Assembly: GCA_965213625.1 (NCBI GenBank)
Contig: CBDBZU010000004.1
Coordinates: forward strand, 2,912,001-2,976,000
Length of the DNA: 64,000 nt
From: a bacterium
Lineage (GTDB): Bacteria > UBA8248
Reading direction: 5' to 3'
Shown in pieces: positions 49,005 to 58,620 of the stretch. A program made the translations under genes and the position numbers. Every line of letters begins with the position of its first letter. Within the stretch, counting starts at the first letter, position 1. The notes beneath the pieces were generated by a model that did no database searches, had not been told where the DNA came from, and was given only the letters and a program-made list of their open reading frames with translations.

Positions 49005-50228
49005 TTGCTGATCAATCCTGAACGTTTTCGCCGGTCCATGGAGGAGATGGCCCGGGTCGGAGCGACAAAAGGAGGCGGTGTTAACCGCCTCACACTCACC
49101 GAAGCCGACAAACAGGCGCGGGATTTGTTCGCCGCCTGGGCGAACGATGCCGGCCTCGGGCTGCAAATCGATGCGATGGGAAATATGTTCGCCAAACGAG
49201 CGGGTCAAGACGAAAACGCCCCTCCCGCCATGGCAGGCAGCCACCTGGACTCCGTGCCCAACGGAGGCCGCTTCGACGGCTCGCTGGGCGTATTAGCCGC
49301 CTTGGAAGCCGTACGGACGCTTAACGATAGGAACATATCGACAAAACGCCCGATAGAAATCGTAAACTGGACGAATGAAGAAGGCCCCCGCTTTCCGCCT
49401 TCCATGCTCGGTAGCGGTGTATTCGCAGGCGCCATACCACTCGAGACCGCCTATGAGACGAGAGACGCAGAAGGTATGAGGTTTATCGATGAGCTCGTGC
49501 GGATCGGCTACCGGGGCGATGCGCCCTGCACTCCCCGGCCCATCGGGTCGTATCTCGAACTCCACATCGAACAAGGTCCCGCACTCGTCAGCGAGGGGGT
49601 GCAGGTGGGGGTCGTGGAGGGAATTTTCGGCCTCACCTGGCTCCGGGTCACCATGAAAGGAGAGCGCGACCACGCCGGCCCTACGCCGATGCACATGCGG
49701 CGCGACGCCCTGGTGGGCGCTGCGCGCACAATCGCGGCCATTCGCGAAATTCCGGCCAAGTTGCATCCGGATTTCGTCGCCACAGTGGGAGAATTCTCCC
49801 TCTCCCCCAATGCGATTAACGTCATTCCTGATGACGTGACGTTCTCGGTCGATTTTCGCCACAGCCGGCCGGAACTGCTGGCCGAAGCGAGAAAACGCAT
49901 CGAGGAAGCCGCGCGCACAGAAGCGGAGAAGGAAAATCTAGAGGTTGAGATTCAAGACGTCGGCGGCTCCACCCCCAGCGCGTTCGACGCCGGGGTCGCG
50001 CAGGTCGTCAAAAACGCATGCGAGGAGTCGGGCTACAGTCATCGTTCCATGTGGAGCGCCGCAGGCCATGACGCCCGCTATGCGTCCGATTTGGGGCCCA
50101 CGGCCATGATTTTCGTACCCTGCGTCGCCGGGAAAAGTCACTCTGAGGAAGAAGACATGGACTGGGAGGACGCCTACAGGGGCTGTGAAGTCCTGGCGCG
50201 CGCATTGCTGAAAATGGCGGATTCATAG
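49005..50228 (+). CDS. M20 family Zn-dependent amidohydrolase (N-carbamoylase/allantoate amidohydrolase-like)
   Basis: GSHLDSVPNGGRFDG, NEEG, ELHIEQG, HAG.TPM, AGHDA and SH..EE motifs. Confidence 0.92.
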   Translation: MLINPERFRRSMEEMARVGATKGGGVNRLTLTEADKQARDLFAAWANDAGLGLQIDAMGNMFAKRAGQDENAPPAMAGSHLDSVPNGGRFDGSLGVLAALEAVRTLNDRNISTKRPIEIVNWTNEEGPRFPPSMLGSGVFAGAIPLETAYETRDAEGMRFIDELVRIGYRGDAPCTPRPIGSYLELHIEQGPALVSEGVQVGVVEGIFGLTWLRVTMKGERDHAGPTPMHMRRDALVGAARTIAAIREIPAKLHPDFVATVGEFSLSPNAINVIPDDVTFSVDFRHSRPELLAEARKRIEEAARTEAEKENLEVEIQDVGGSTPSAFDAGVAQVVKNACEESGYSHRSMWSAAGHDARYASDLGPTAMIFVPCVAGKSHSEEEDMDWEDAYRGCEVLARALLKMADS

Positions 50229-50260
50229 ACTTTTCACGAAATACGAATGAGGGGAATCGA

Positions 50261-51100
50261 ATGCCGAGAGTGAAATGGGAAAATGGGGCGCGATGCGCCG
50301 TTTGTCTGACTTTCGACGTGGACGGCGAGACCGTCTGGATGGGCCGGGACCCCTCGCTGGGAGGCCGCCCCATCCACAACTCCATGGGCGCATACGGCCC
50401 CAAAGTGGGAATCCCGCGGATACTGAAGCTACTCAAGAAATACAGCCTGCCCGGCGCTTTCTATATCCCGAGCTGGACGGTGGAGAAATGGCCGAGAATG
50501 ACCGAGTCCATCGTGAAGGCGGGGCACGAAATCGGCCACCACGGCCACATTCACGAAAAACCCTATCAGATGTGCGACGCAGAGCGAGAAGAAGAACTGC
50601 TCGTGCGCGCCCTCGAGATATTAAAGCGCGATACGGGGCAGGAAATCCTGGGCTCGCGCACCCCATCTGCGGACCCGAGTGTCCACACGATGGGCCTCTT
50701 GAAAAAATACGGGCTCTTGTACCACTCGAACATGATGGACGACGACTGGCCCTACTATCACGACTGCGGCTTGGTGGAGTTGCCCACCAAATGGAGCCTC
50801 GATGATTTCATCTTCTTCGCCCACAGCACGAATCCGCCGCTCGGACACGGCATTCGAGACCCCGAATCGGTCTATTCGATTTGGGTCGAGGAGTTCGAGG
50901 GCACGTATGAGGAAGGCGGCTACATCAACATCATGTGCCACCCCCAGATCATCGGCCAGCACCACCGCATGCGGATGCTCGAAAGATTGATTCTGCACAT
51001 TCTCGCAAAGGGCGACGCCTGGATCGCTGCGCCTGTCGACGTGGCGAGGTGCTGGGCGTCTCAAAGGAAAACGCCCAGGACGAGAAGAGCAAGGAGATAG
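50261..51100 (+). CDS. polysaccharide deacetylase family protein (PuuE/PgdA-like)
   Basis: TFDVD, YGP.VG.PRIL, HEIGHHG.IH and HPQIIG motifs. Confidence 0.85.
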   Translation: MPRVKWENGARCAVCLTFDVDGETVWMGRDPSLGGRPIHNSMGAYGPKVGIPRILKLLKKYSLPGAFYIPSWTVEKWPRMTESIVKAGHEIGHHGHIHEKPYQMCDAEREEELLVRALEILKRDTGQEILGSRTPSADPSVHTMGLLKKYGLLYHSNMMDDDWPYYHDCGLVELPTKWSLDDFIFFAHSTNPPLGHGIRDPESVYSIWVEEFEGTYEEGGYINIMCHPQIIGQHHRMRMLERLILHILAKGDAWIAAPVDVARCWASQRKTPRTRRARR

Positions 51101-51114
51101 GGTGCAGCCTACTA

Positions 51115-51552
51115 TCAGAGTATCGGGGAGAGCCAGCCCAGCAGTCCGCCGTAGATGGCGTGGGCGATCACGGCGGTCTGCCACGCCCTGGGGTGCATCT
51201 TGCGGCTGAAAAAGCCGTGTCCCGTGATGAGCGGGTTGAATACGCATTGCGAGAAAATCAGTAGCGCCCCGCCCCATATCAGACCACGCGCAACGGGCGC
51301 CCCGGGGAGACACCCCGCCGCCCAGGTGGCGTATATCAGACCGAATATGATGCCGTTTAAATGCACGGCGATGAAGCCGAGCGTATAAGGCGGATTTCCC
51401 TCATACGCTTCTCCGAACAAGAGCATCGATACCCCTTTGCCGAAGTCGAGCTTCACCATGCCTATCTTGTCCGCAATCAAGGCGAATACCAGATGCGCGT
51501 AAGTCGCCAGAAAAGAAGCGGCGCAGACGACGAAAAAATCACCCGGGCTCAT
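51115..51552 (-). CDS. hypothetical membrane protein
   Basis: About 4 TM segments with H.L.G..FG..Y and H..YG..LG patterns. Confidence 0.7.
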   Translation of the reverse strand: MSPGDFFVVCAASFLATYAHLVFALIADKIGMVKLDFGKGVSMLLFGEAYEGNPPYTLGFIAVHLNGIIFGLIYATWAAGCLPGAPVARGLIWGGALLIFSQCVFNPLITGHGFFSRKMHPRAWQTAVIAHAIYGGLLGWLSPIL

Positions 51553-51617
51553 AAAACTCTCCTCGCTTCAGAGAACCCACCTCACAGAAGCGGAACGTAG
51601 ACGCTCCATTCCGCCGC

Positions 51618-52799
51618 CTACCCCGTGTACTCCAGGATGTGCATCCCCGCTCCGTTGCGGTCGATCAGATATAGCAGGCCGTTCTCGTCCATACCGATGT
51701 CGTTCGACTGGGCATAGTCCTTCCCGAAATTGAGTTCAGGGATGTAATGGCCCACTTCTTTTGGTTTAAAGGGATCCGACAAATCGATGGCCCTCAAGCC
51801 AGAATTGAAATACGTGAGGAAAATGATGTCCTTCCAGGGGCCTTCGGCGGGCGTGTATTCCAGAATGTTGTGCGCGCCGAAGCGCCCTCCCCTGTTCATG
51901 TTCTCTTCCCTGTCCGGAATGTAGGTGGAGATGGGTATCGGGTTCGTCTCGTCCCGGATGTCCACTACCCACATGAACTGGCTGCTCTCGTAGTTTTCCT
52001 GCGCGCGCGCCTCGTCCGTCACCACGGCGTACGGCCTGTCTCCGAGCGGCCACACGGTATGTGTGGAGCCGATGAACGGTGGCGACCAGCACAGGTGTCC
52101 CACGCATTCGATGTTGCGCAGATCCGTGCAATCGAAAATTCCCATACCGGCCCCCCAAAAGCCGCAGTACATGCGATCTCCACGAATGGTGGCCGGTCCG
52201 TGGCACGTCCAGGAGCGCTCGAAATCATCCGGCTCCTCGTATTCGTAGTCGAGGCTCAAATCCTGCTGCGGGAGACCGACGATGTTCAGCACTTCCGGCT
52301 TCAAGGGATTTGTGATGTCGAGAGTCCACATGACCCGGTTTCGCCACCCCTCGGCATGGTTCGGCAAGAATGCGAGTCCGCGCTCGTTGTCGACGCCGAA
52401 CCTGTGCGGGCCGGTGCCCGGCAGATCGAAAAAGCCGACTTCTTTGGGTTCAGCCGGATTGGAGATATCGAAAATGCATATCCCTGCATTGGCCTTTTCT
52501 CCTTCCGGCGTCTTTAAGCGTTCATGATTCACATACAGCAGGTCGTCGCCCACGATGCGGACCTTGTGATTATGCAGGCCGGGAGGCGCGAACACCTCGG
52601 CGATGCGTTTCGGCTTGCTGGGGTCTGAAACGTCGTGGACGGTCCAGCCCTCGGGGCCGTCGTAGCTCGCCGTTCCCACCGCACCCACATAGGCGTATCC
52701 GTTTTTCACCTCGACGAGGCTGCCCCCGCCCCACGCCGCATCGGGGTCGTGTCCTATCAGTCTGAAATTCTTCGATTCAGCCGGTGCGCCTTTCGCCAT
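51618..52799 (-). CDS. LVIVD repeat-containing beta-propeller protein
   Basis: Repeated DVSDP/DISNP/DITNP/DIRDE/DLSDP units; His-rich (H, TH, DE, FGAHN); probable start 52799. Confidence 0.75.
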   Translation of the reverse strand: MAKGAPAESKNFRLIGHDPDAAWGGGSLVEVKNGYAYVGAVGTASYDGPEGWTVHDVSDPSKPKRIAEVFAPPGLHNHKVRIVGDDLLYVNHERLKTPEGEKANAGICIFDISNPAEPKEVGFFDLPGTGPHRFGVDNERGLAFLPNHAEGWRNRVMWTLDITNPLKPEVLNIVGLPQQDLSLDYEYEEPDDFERSWTCHGPATIRGDRMYCGFWGAGMGIFDCTDLRNIECVGHLCWSPPFIGSTHTVWPLGDRPYAVVTDEARAQENYESSQFMWVVDIRDETNPIPISTYIPDREENMNRGGRFGAHNILEYTPAEGPWKDIIFLTYFNSGLRAIDLSDPFKPKEVGHYIPELNFGKDYAQSNDIGMDENGLLYLIDRNGAGMHILEYTG

Positions 52800-52841
52800 T
52801 GTGCATCTCCTATACAGTCGCCATGAAACCAAAGATGAATT

Positions 52842-53717
52842 CTAGCCGTCCTTCCCCTCATACGCCTCCACGACGCGGGCGCAATCATCTTCCGTCCAGC
52901 CCGCGTTTTGCGCGCGCCGGAACATATCGAGCGCGGCTTCCGTCATAGACGCATCAAATCCTTTTTCTCTCGCGAGGTCAACGCAAAGGCCGAGATCCTT
53001 CACGTATATTCCCACCGAAGCATGGGGCGTGAAATCACGCTCTAGAATCTTCTCTCCTTTCAAGTCCAGAAGAACGCTCGCCGCCGCGCCCGAACGCAGA
53101 CAGGACATTATCGTTTCGGCGGACAAACCCGAGCGTTCGCCCAGGAGCAAGCCTTCCGCCAGCAAAGCTACGCCGGCATTAACTATCAGGTTCGTCACCA
53201 GCTTCATCGAACAACCCGTGCCGTTGGGTCCGGTGTAGAGGACGCTTTTACCCAAGGGCTCGATGATGGGATTGATGCGCTCGAAAATCTCTTTCTTTCC
53301 GCCCACCATATAAGCCAGCGTCCTCGACTCCACGTGCGGCACGGTTCCCGAAACGGGGGCGTCGACCATCTCCACGCCTCTGGCCTCTAGTTCCTTCGCA
53401 AGCCCGACTGACCAGGTCGGGTTCATCGTGCTCATCTCGATTAGAATGAGACCCTCCTTGCCCGCGGCGGCGATCCCATCAGACCCGATGGTGTTCGTCT
53501 CGATATGCTCTGGCTTGAGCAGCATGGTGAAAACCACGTCCGACTGCTCAGCCACCTCTTTTGCATTCGCGCAAGGGGTTCCACCCGATTCTCTCAACTG
53601 CTCCATGCGCGCCGGGTCGATATCGAAACCGGATACCTCATGGCCGTCCTCGATCAGATTCCTCGTCAAAGGCGTTCCCATTTTACCTAGACCGATAAAC
53701 CCAAGTTTCTCACCCAT
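52842..53717 (-). CDS. NAD(P)-dependent beta-hydroxyacid dehydrogenase (3-hydroxyisobutyrate DH/tartronate semialdehyde reductase family)
   Basis: GFIGLGKMG, DAPVSG, KLVTN and KDL motifs. Confidence 0.92.
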   Translation of the reverse strand: MGEKLGFIGLGKMGTPLTRNLIEDGHEVSGFDIDPARMEQLRESGGTPCANAKEVAEQSDVVFTMLLKPEHIETNTIGSDGIAAAGKEGLILIEMSTMNPTWSVGLAKELEARGVEMVDAPVSGTVPHVESRTLAYMVGGKKEIFERINPIIEPLGKSVLYTGPNGTGCSMKLVTNLIVNAGVALLAEGLLLGERSGLSAETIMSCLRSGAAASVLLDLKGEKILERDFTPHASVGIYVKDLGLCVDLAREKGFDASMTEAALDMFRRAQNAGWTEDDCARVVEAYEGKDG

Positions 53718-53872
53718 ATTTCGCCTTGCCTCCCGGAATGGATAAAGTAAAAACAGATATTCTTTATTCGGTTCCTTTCACCCTCGGTTAGGGCGTAGAA
53801 TAGAAAAGCGTTGAAATTTGTTGGACGTTTCATTTTCTGCATTCAATCAGGCAATGCCCGGAGAGGAAACCA

Positions 53873-54949
53873 ATGTCAGCCACTCCCCTACTTGCTCTGC
53901 ATCAGGAGGCCAATGCCGTGTTCATCGAAGAAGCGGGATGGCAAATCCCCGCATCGTTTGGAGACGCGGCAGCCGAGCATCTCGCATGCAGAGAAAGCGC
54001 CGTCGTAATTGACCTGTCTCACCGGGGCAACCTCTGTTTCAGCGGCCCGGACACGGAAGAATTCCTCCACCGGATGCTCTCCAATCGGGTGAAAGAGTTA
54101 ATGCCTGGCGAGGGCGCATACAGCACCTTCCTGACACGGCAGGGAAAGTTTATCTCCGATCTCTATTTGTACAAATTCGATTCACATGTCGTCGCCTCGG
54201 TGGCTCCGGGTATGGCGGATACGCTCGCCGAGGAAATCGACAAATTCATCATCATGGATCAGGTGGAAGTGGCGAACGAGACGATAAATTCGTTTTGTCT
54301 CGGCCTTTTCGGCCCTTATTCGCGAGAGATATTCGCCAAAGCGGGCATGGGTGCTCCCTCTCCCGAGGAACACGGCCATACGACTTCGGGCAACATGATG
54401 ATAGCTCGAGAACTTTGGACAGGAGAAGACGGCTATTTACTCATGGGACCCCGAGATGAAGCGGAATCCGTCTGGCGCGCCTTGTCGGAATCGGGAGCGA
54501 AACCGGGGGGCGTCGCTGCGCTCGAATCGCTCACCCTAGAGGCCGGGGTGCCGCTCTTTGGCAAGGACATGACTTCTGCCGTCAACCCCATGCAGGCGGG
54601 GCTCGAGACAAAAGCAATCGACTTCGACAAGGGTTGCTACATAGGGCAGGAGGTCATCGCCAAGATCAAGTATCTGGGCCAGGTGAACCGCGGACTCGTG
54701 GGGCTCAAACTCAGCGGAGAAGGCACGCCCAAACCGGGAGCCGCCGTCAATTCCGATGAGAATAACATCGGCTCCATCACCCGCTCCGCTTATTGCCCGA
54801 CTGTTGATGGAATTCTGGCTTTCTCGTATCTGCCCCGCGCCCAAATGGAGCCTGGAACGCAAGTAAAGGTGGATTGTCGAGGTACCGAGGCCGAGGCGAC
54901 TGTCGAGAGCCTGCCTTTTTATCAGAACGAAAGAGAAGTCATCGTATAA
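53873..54949 (+). CDS. aminomethyltransferase family protein (YgfZ/GcvT-like folate-binding)
   Basis: TPL..LH, DLSHRG and KGCYIGQE motifs. Confidence 0.9.
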   Translation: MSATPLLALHQEANAVFIEEAGWQIPASFGDAAAEHLACRESAVVIDLSHRGNLCFSGPDTEEFLHRMLSNRVKELMPGEGAYSTFLTRQGKFISDLYLYKFDSHVVASVAPGMADTLAEEIDKFIIMDQVEVANETINSFCLGLFGPYSREIFAKAGMGAPSPEEHGHTTSGNMMIARELWTGEDGYLLMGPRDEAESVWRALSESGAKPGGVAALESLTLEAGVPLFGKDMTSAVNPMQAGLETKAIDFDKGCYIGQEVIAKIKYLGQVNRGLVGLKLSGEGTPKPGAAVNSDENNIGSITRSAYCPTVDGILAFSYLPRAQMEPGTQVKVDCRGTEAEATVESLPFYQNEREVIV

Positions 54950-55019
54950 GACGCAAATACCCGATAAAACCAGAAAGAGATTGCGTAGTCCGCGAGGTGA
55001 AAACGACCTGGGTTCGCTT

Positions 55020-55048
55020 TTGACTTCTTTGATTGTGCGAGGCATATT
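55020..55048 (+). promoter_or_regulatory. putative sigma70 promoter of pckA
   Basis: TTGACT-N17-CATATT. Confidence 0.5.
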
Positions 55049-55161
55049 GCGACCTTCTTTGGGCGGATGCGTACGCGATTCGCGAGACTACCCAGAAAGA
55101 AGTTCCGCTTGCTGGCGGAGCCGATGTTTTAAAAATTTCGACTCCCGGGAGGAAGCAACGA

Positions 55162-56796
55162 ATGGCGTCAACCAAGGGGGGAGGAAAAAATAATTCCTCA
55201 CCCGTGAAAATAGGTACGGGAAAAACCTTCGGCCTCGACAAAATGGGCATCAAGAACGTAGGCAAGATTTACCGCAATCTCCCAATTGCTACACTCAACG
55301 AAATGGCAGTCGCACGAAGCGAAGGTTTCCTCGCTCCCAATGGCGCTCTAGTCGTCCACACGGGCAAATTCTCGGGCCGATCACCCAAGGACAAATTCAC
55401 GGTGGACCAGGACCCTTCCAACAAGAAGATATGGTGGGGGCCCATCAACCAGAAAATATCGACCGAAAACTGGGACAACATTTATCAAAGAATCGCCAGC
55501 TACGCCCAGAAACGCGACCTTTTCATTTTTGATGGTTTCGTGGGCAACGACCCGAGATACAAACTCCCCGTGCGCGTCATCTCTGAACTGGCCTGGCATT
55601 CGATGTTTTGTCAGACACTGCTCGTCCGTCCCGAACCAGGTGAACTCGACAATCATTCAAACCCCTTCACGGTCATCGACATGTGCAAGTTCCTGGGAGC
55701 GGGCTCGGCGGAAGGACTCCGGCAGGATAACTTCACGGTGGTGAATTTTGAGAAAAACATGGCGCTCATCGGTGGTTCTGAGTACGCCGGCGAAATGAAG
55801 AAATCCGCTTTTTTCATTATGAATTATCTGCTGCCCCAAAAAGGCGTCTTCCCGATGCACTGCTCGGCGAACATGGGACACGGCGGGGACACGGCTCTTT
55901 TCTTCGGCCTCTCCGGCACCGGCAAAACCACGTTGTCCGCAGATCCGAACCGGAAGCTCATCGGCGACGATGAACACGGATGGTCGGATTCGGGCATCTT
56001 TAATTTTGAAGGCGGGTGCTACGCGAAAACCATCAACTTAACAAGAGAGGAAGAGCCCCAGATTTGGGATGCGATTCGCTTCGGTTCCGTTCTCGAAAAC
56101 GTCATTGTCGACCCGCTGACAAGGGAAATTGATTACGACGACATGTCGATAACCGAAAACACGCGCGCCACCTACCCCACCCACTTCATCGATAACTGCG
56201 TGCTCTCGGGCATGGGCGGACACCCGAAGAATCTCTTTTTCCTCACTTGCGACGCATTCGGGGTCCTGCCCCCTATCAGCAAGCTCACGCCCGAGCAGGC
56301 TGCCTATCATTTCCTGTCCGGCTATACAGCGAAAGTGGCCGGCACCGAGGCGGGCGTCGATGAGCCGATGGCCACGTTCAGCAGTTGTTTCGGCGCGCCC
56401 TTCCTGGCGCTGCATCCCGCCGAATATGGAGAGATGCTCCGTGACAGACTCAAGAAACACGACGCGCAGGTCTGGCTCGTCAACACGGGTTGGATTGGCG
56501 GCGCCGCAGGTGAGGTCGATAGAATGCCGCTGCATCATACGCGCGCGCTTCTGACCGCCGCGCTGACCGGTGAACTCGCTAAAGTTTCCACCCAGGACGT
56601 ACCGATCTTCAACCTCCATGTTCCGACAAGCTGCCCTGGAGTGCCGCAAGAATACATGATCCCCCGAAATCTTTGGGCTAGCGCCGAGAAATACGACGAG
56701 AAAATACGCGAACTCGCTGGAGCGTTCCTGGATAATTTCGAGCAGTTCGCAGACCGGGTGACGCCCGACGTCGCAGCGGCCGGTCCCAATATTTAG
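55162..56796 (+). CDS. pckA: phosphoenolpyruvate carboxykinase (ATP)
   Basis: GRSPKDK, YAGEMKK, HCSAN, GLSGTGKTTLS, LIGDDEHGW, NFEGGCYAK and ENTR motifs; start ATG 55162 after GGAGG. Confidence 0.98.
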   Translation: MASTKGGGKNNSSPVKIGTGKTFGLDKMGIKNVGKIYRNLPIATLNEMAVARSEGFLAPNGALVVHTGKFSGRSPKDKFTVDQDPSNKKIWWGPINQKISTENWDNIYQRIASYAQKRDLFIFDGFVGNDPRYKLPVRVISELAWHSMFCQTLLVRPEPGELDNHSNPFTVIDMCKFLGAGSAEGLRQDNFTVVNFEKNMALIGGSEYAGEMKKSAFFIMNYLLPQKGVFPMHCSANMGHGGDTALFFGLSGTGKTTLSADPNRKLIGDDEHGWSDSGIFNFEGGCYAKTINLTREEEPQIWDAIRFGSVLENVIVDPLTREIDYDDMSITENTRATYPTHFIDNCVLSGMGGHPKNLFFLTCDAFGVLPPISKLTPEQAAYHFLSGYTAKVAGTEAGVDEPMATFSSCFGAPFLALHPAEYGEMLRDRLKKHDAQVWLVNTGWIGGAAGEVDRMPLHHTRALLTAALTGELAKVSTQDVPIFNLHVPTSCPGVPQEYMIPRNLWASAEKYDEKIRELAGAFLDNFEQFADRVTPDVAAAGPNI

Positions 56797-56844
56797 GAGT
56801 TAATGCCTGTAAAATTCACTTCCCATTGAGTAGGAGGTATTCCG

Positions 56845-57030
56845 ATGCCCGTGGTTCAAGTCAGTTTGCTGTCAGGAAGATCCAAGGAACAGAAAAGCGC
56901 GATGGCGGATGAGATTACAGAGACAGTGCACAAGCACTCAGGCGCCCCCAAAAACGTCATTACGGTCATCTTTCAAGACATCGAGACGGATTCCTGGGCG
57001 GCGGACGGAACGCTTTACGCGGACCGGTAG
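56845..57030 (+). CDS. 4-oxalocrotonate tautomerase family protein
   Basis: N-terminal catalytic Pro, GRS.EQK, about 61 aa, strong AGGAGG RBS. Confidence 0.85.
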   Translation: MPVVQVSLLSGRSKEQKSAMADEITETVHKHSGAPKNVITVIFQDIETDSWAADGTLYADR

Positions 57031-57062
57031 CGGCTGTAATCCTTTAATGAGGAGGGATTGAG

Positions 57063-57920
57063 ATGAGCGCCGATAATTTCAGGCTCGCACTCGTGCAGCC
57101 GATGGGATACCCCCCACCCGAGGATGAAAAAAACGTGGCCGACGCAGTTCGCTATGTGGAAGACGCCGCTGCGCAGGGGGCCGACTTCGTCGCCTTCCCC
57201 GAATCGTATCCGGGGCCGTGGCGAATGCCTGCCACTTTCGACCCCACCGAAGCGATGGAGGAAGTGGCCAAACGCTGCGGCGTTTATGTTCAATACGGAA
57301 CCTTGGAGCCGTTGGACAATGAGAAGAAAACGGCTCACAACCTGCTGAACCTCGCCCGGCCCACCGGCGGCGCCTCGGGGCGCTACCGCAGGACGCATCC
57401 GCCAGGCCCCTGGATATACACCGGAGGCGGCATCTGGGAGTTCCAGTATGTCGCTGGAAACGAATACCCCGTTTTCGAGACCCAGTACGGTCAGGTCGGC
57501 ATGGCGATGTGCAGCGAAGTTTATATGCCCGAAGTCACGCGCGCGCTCTCGCTGCGCGGGGCGGAAATCATCTTCCTGCCCGCAGGCGTGGACAAGAAAA
57601 GGCTGTGGGGCACCTGGCGGAACCTCATCTGGTCGCGCGCGATAGAAAACCTCGCGATAGTCATCACCACGCAGAACCTTTTTGACAAGAGCCAGCGCGG
57701 CTTGGCGATGGTGGCGACGCCGGAGGAAATCGTATTCGAGAGCACGAGGGCCGGCATGTTCATGGTCGACGTGGATCTGGAGAGAATGCGCGAGCTTCGC
57801 GAGCAAAACGACGAGGTGACCTCATCGGGGCAAAACGCAGCCAAGGCCGGCGTACTGAGGCAGTGGCAACGGCCCGAGTTATACGACAAGTTCTTCCCCA
57901 AAGAAGGCGCAGCCAGTTAA
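57063..57920 (+). CDS. carbon-nitrogen hydrolase (nitrilase superfamily) protein
   Basis: FPE, MCSE nucleophile, GAEIIFLP and RAIEN motifs. Confidence 0.85.
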   Translation: MSADNFRLALVQPMGYPPPEDEKNVADAVRYVEDAAAQGADFVAFPESYPGPWRMPATFDPTEAMEEVAKRCGVYVQYGTLEPLDNEKKTAHNLLNLARPTGGASGRYRRTHPPGPWIYTGGGIWEFQYVAGNEYPVFETQYGQVGMAMCSEVYMPEVTRALSLRGAEIIFLPAGVDKKRLWGTWRNLIWSRAIENLAIVITTQNLFDKSQRGLAMVATPEEIVFESTRAGMFMVDVDLERMRELREQNDEVTSSGQNAAKAGVLRQWQRPELYDKFFPKEGAAS

Positions 57921-57923
57921 ACA

Positions 57924-57963
57924 CGCATGCCCCCCTTGGAAAACACTCCGGGGGGGTGTTTGT
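57924..57963 (+). terminator. putative terminator hairpin
   Basis: C-run/G-run inverted repeat (GCCCCCCTTGGA...TCCGGGGGGGT) followed by GTTTGT. Confidence 0.45.
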
Positions 57964-57993
57964 CACGCTAAAATTTCCGCCTAGAAGATACGA

Positions 57994-58497
57994 ATGTCGA
58001 ATACCAATTTCTGGCTACTTTACGTCCATATACTGGCGGCCTGTCTGTACGAGGGCGCGCTCGTTTTCTTCTGGCTCCTCATGGGGCACTTGAGGCGCAG
58101 GCTTCAGCCTGAGGAATACGCGGGCGAGATCATCTCTATCCTGCGCTTTTATCACCCTTTCGTGCTCATCTGCATGGGCGTGCTCATCATGACGGGCGCG
58201 TGGTATCTCACTGGACTCAAAATGGCGATGGGCCCTGCATTCGGAAAAATCTTCGTGCCCCTGGGGCTTAAGTTACTCACGGTTTTCCTGATGATGATGG
58301 GCATCAGCTTTCAGTTCTTCGCCGTGGGCCTCAGGCTCACGCGGGGAACGGGCCCCGCCGGGAACGGGCGCCCCATTGGCGATACGACGGATGAGCGCAT
58401 CAGATTGCTCAAGACGCTCGAGCATGTGAATCTCGGGAACGCAGTCCTCGCCCTGTTCGCGATATTCTTTGGTCTCGCGCTCAACAAGGGTTTTTAG
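57994..58497 (+). CDS. hypothetical membrane protein (CopD-like topology)
   Basis: 4 TM segments; HILAA, TG and KL motifs. Confidence 0.65.
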   Translation: MSNTNFWLLYVHILAACLYEGALVFFWLLMGHLRRRLQPEEYAGEIISILRFYHPFVLICMGVLIMTGAWYLTGLKMAMGPAFGKIFVPLGLKLLTVFLMMMGISFQFFAVGLRLTRGTGPAGNGRPIGDTTDERIRLLKTLEHVNLGNAVLALFAIFFGLALNKGF

Positions 58498-58620
58498 TCA
58501 TATCTTTGTGAGAATTAGTTAAAGTAACACTTTATTCATTCCATGCCTATTATATTTCTCGTTTTACCCCGTGAATTTATCGATATTTATCGGATTTTTC
58601 AGAAATTATGAGGGCTCTTC

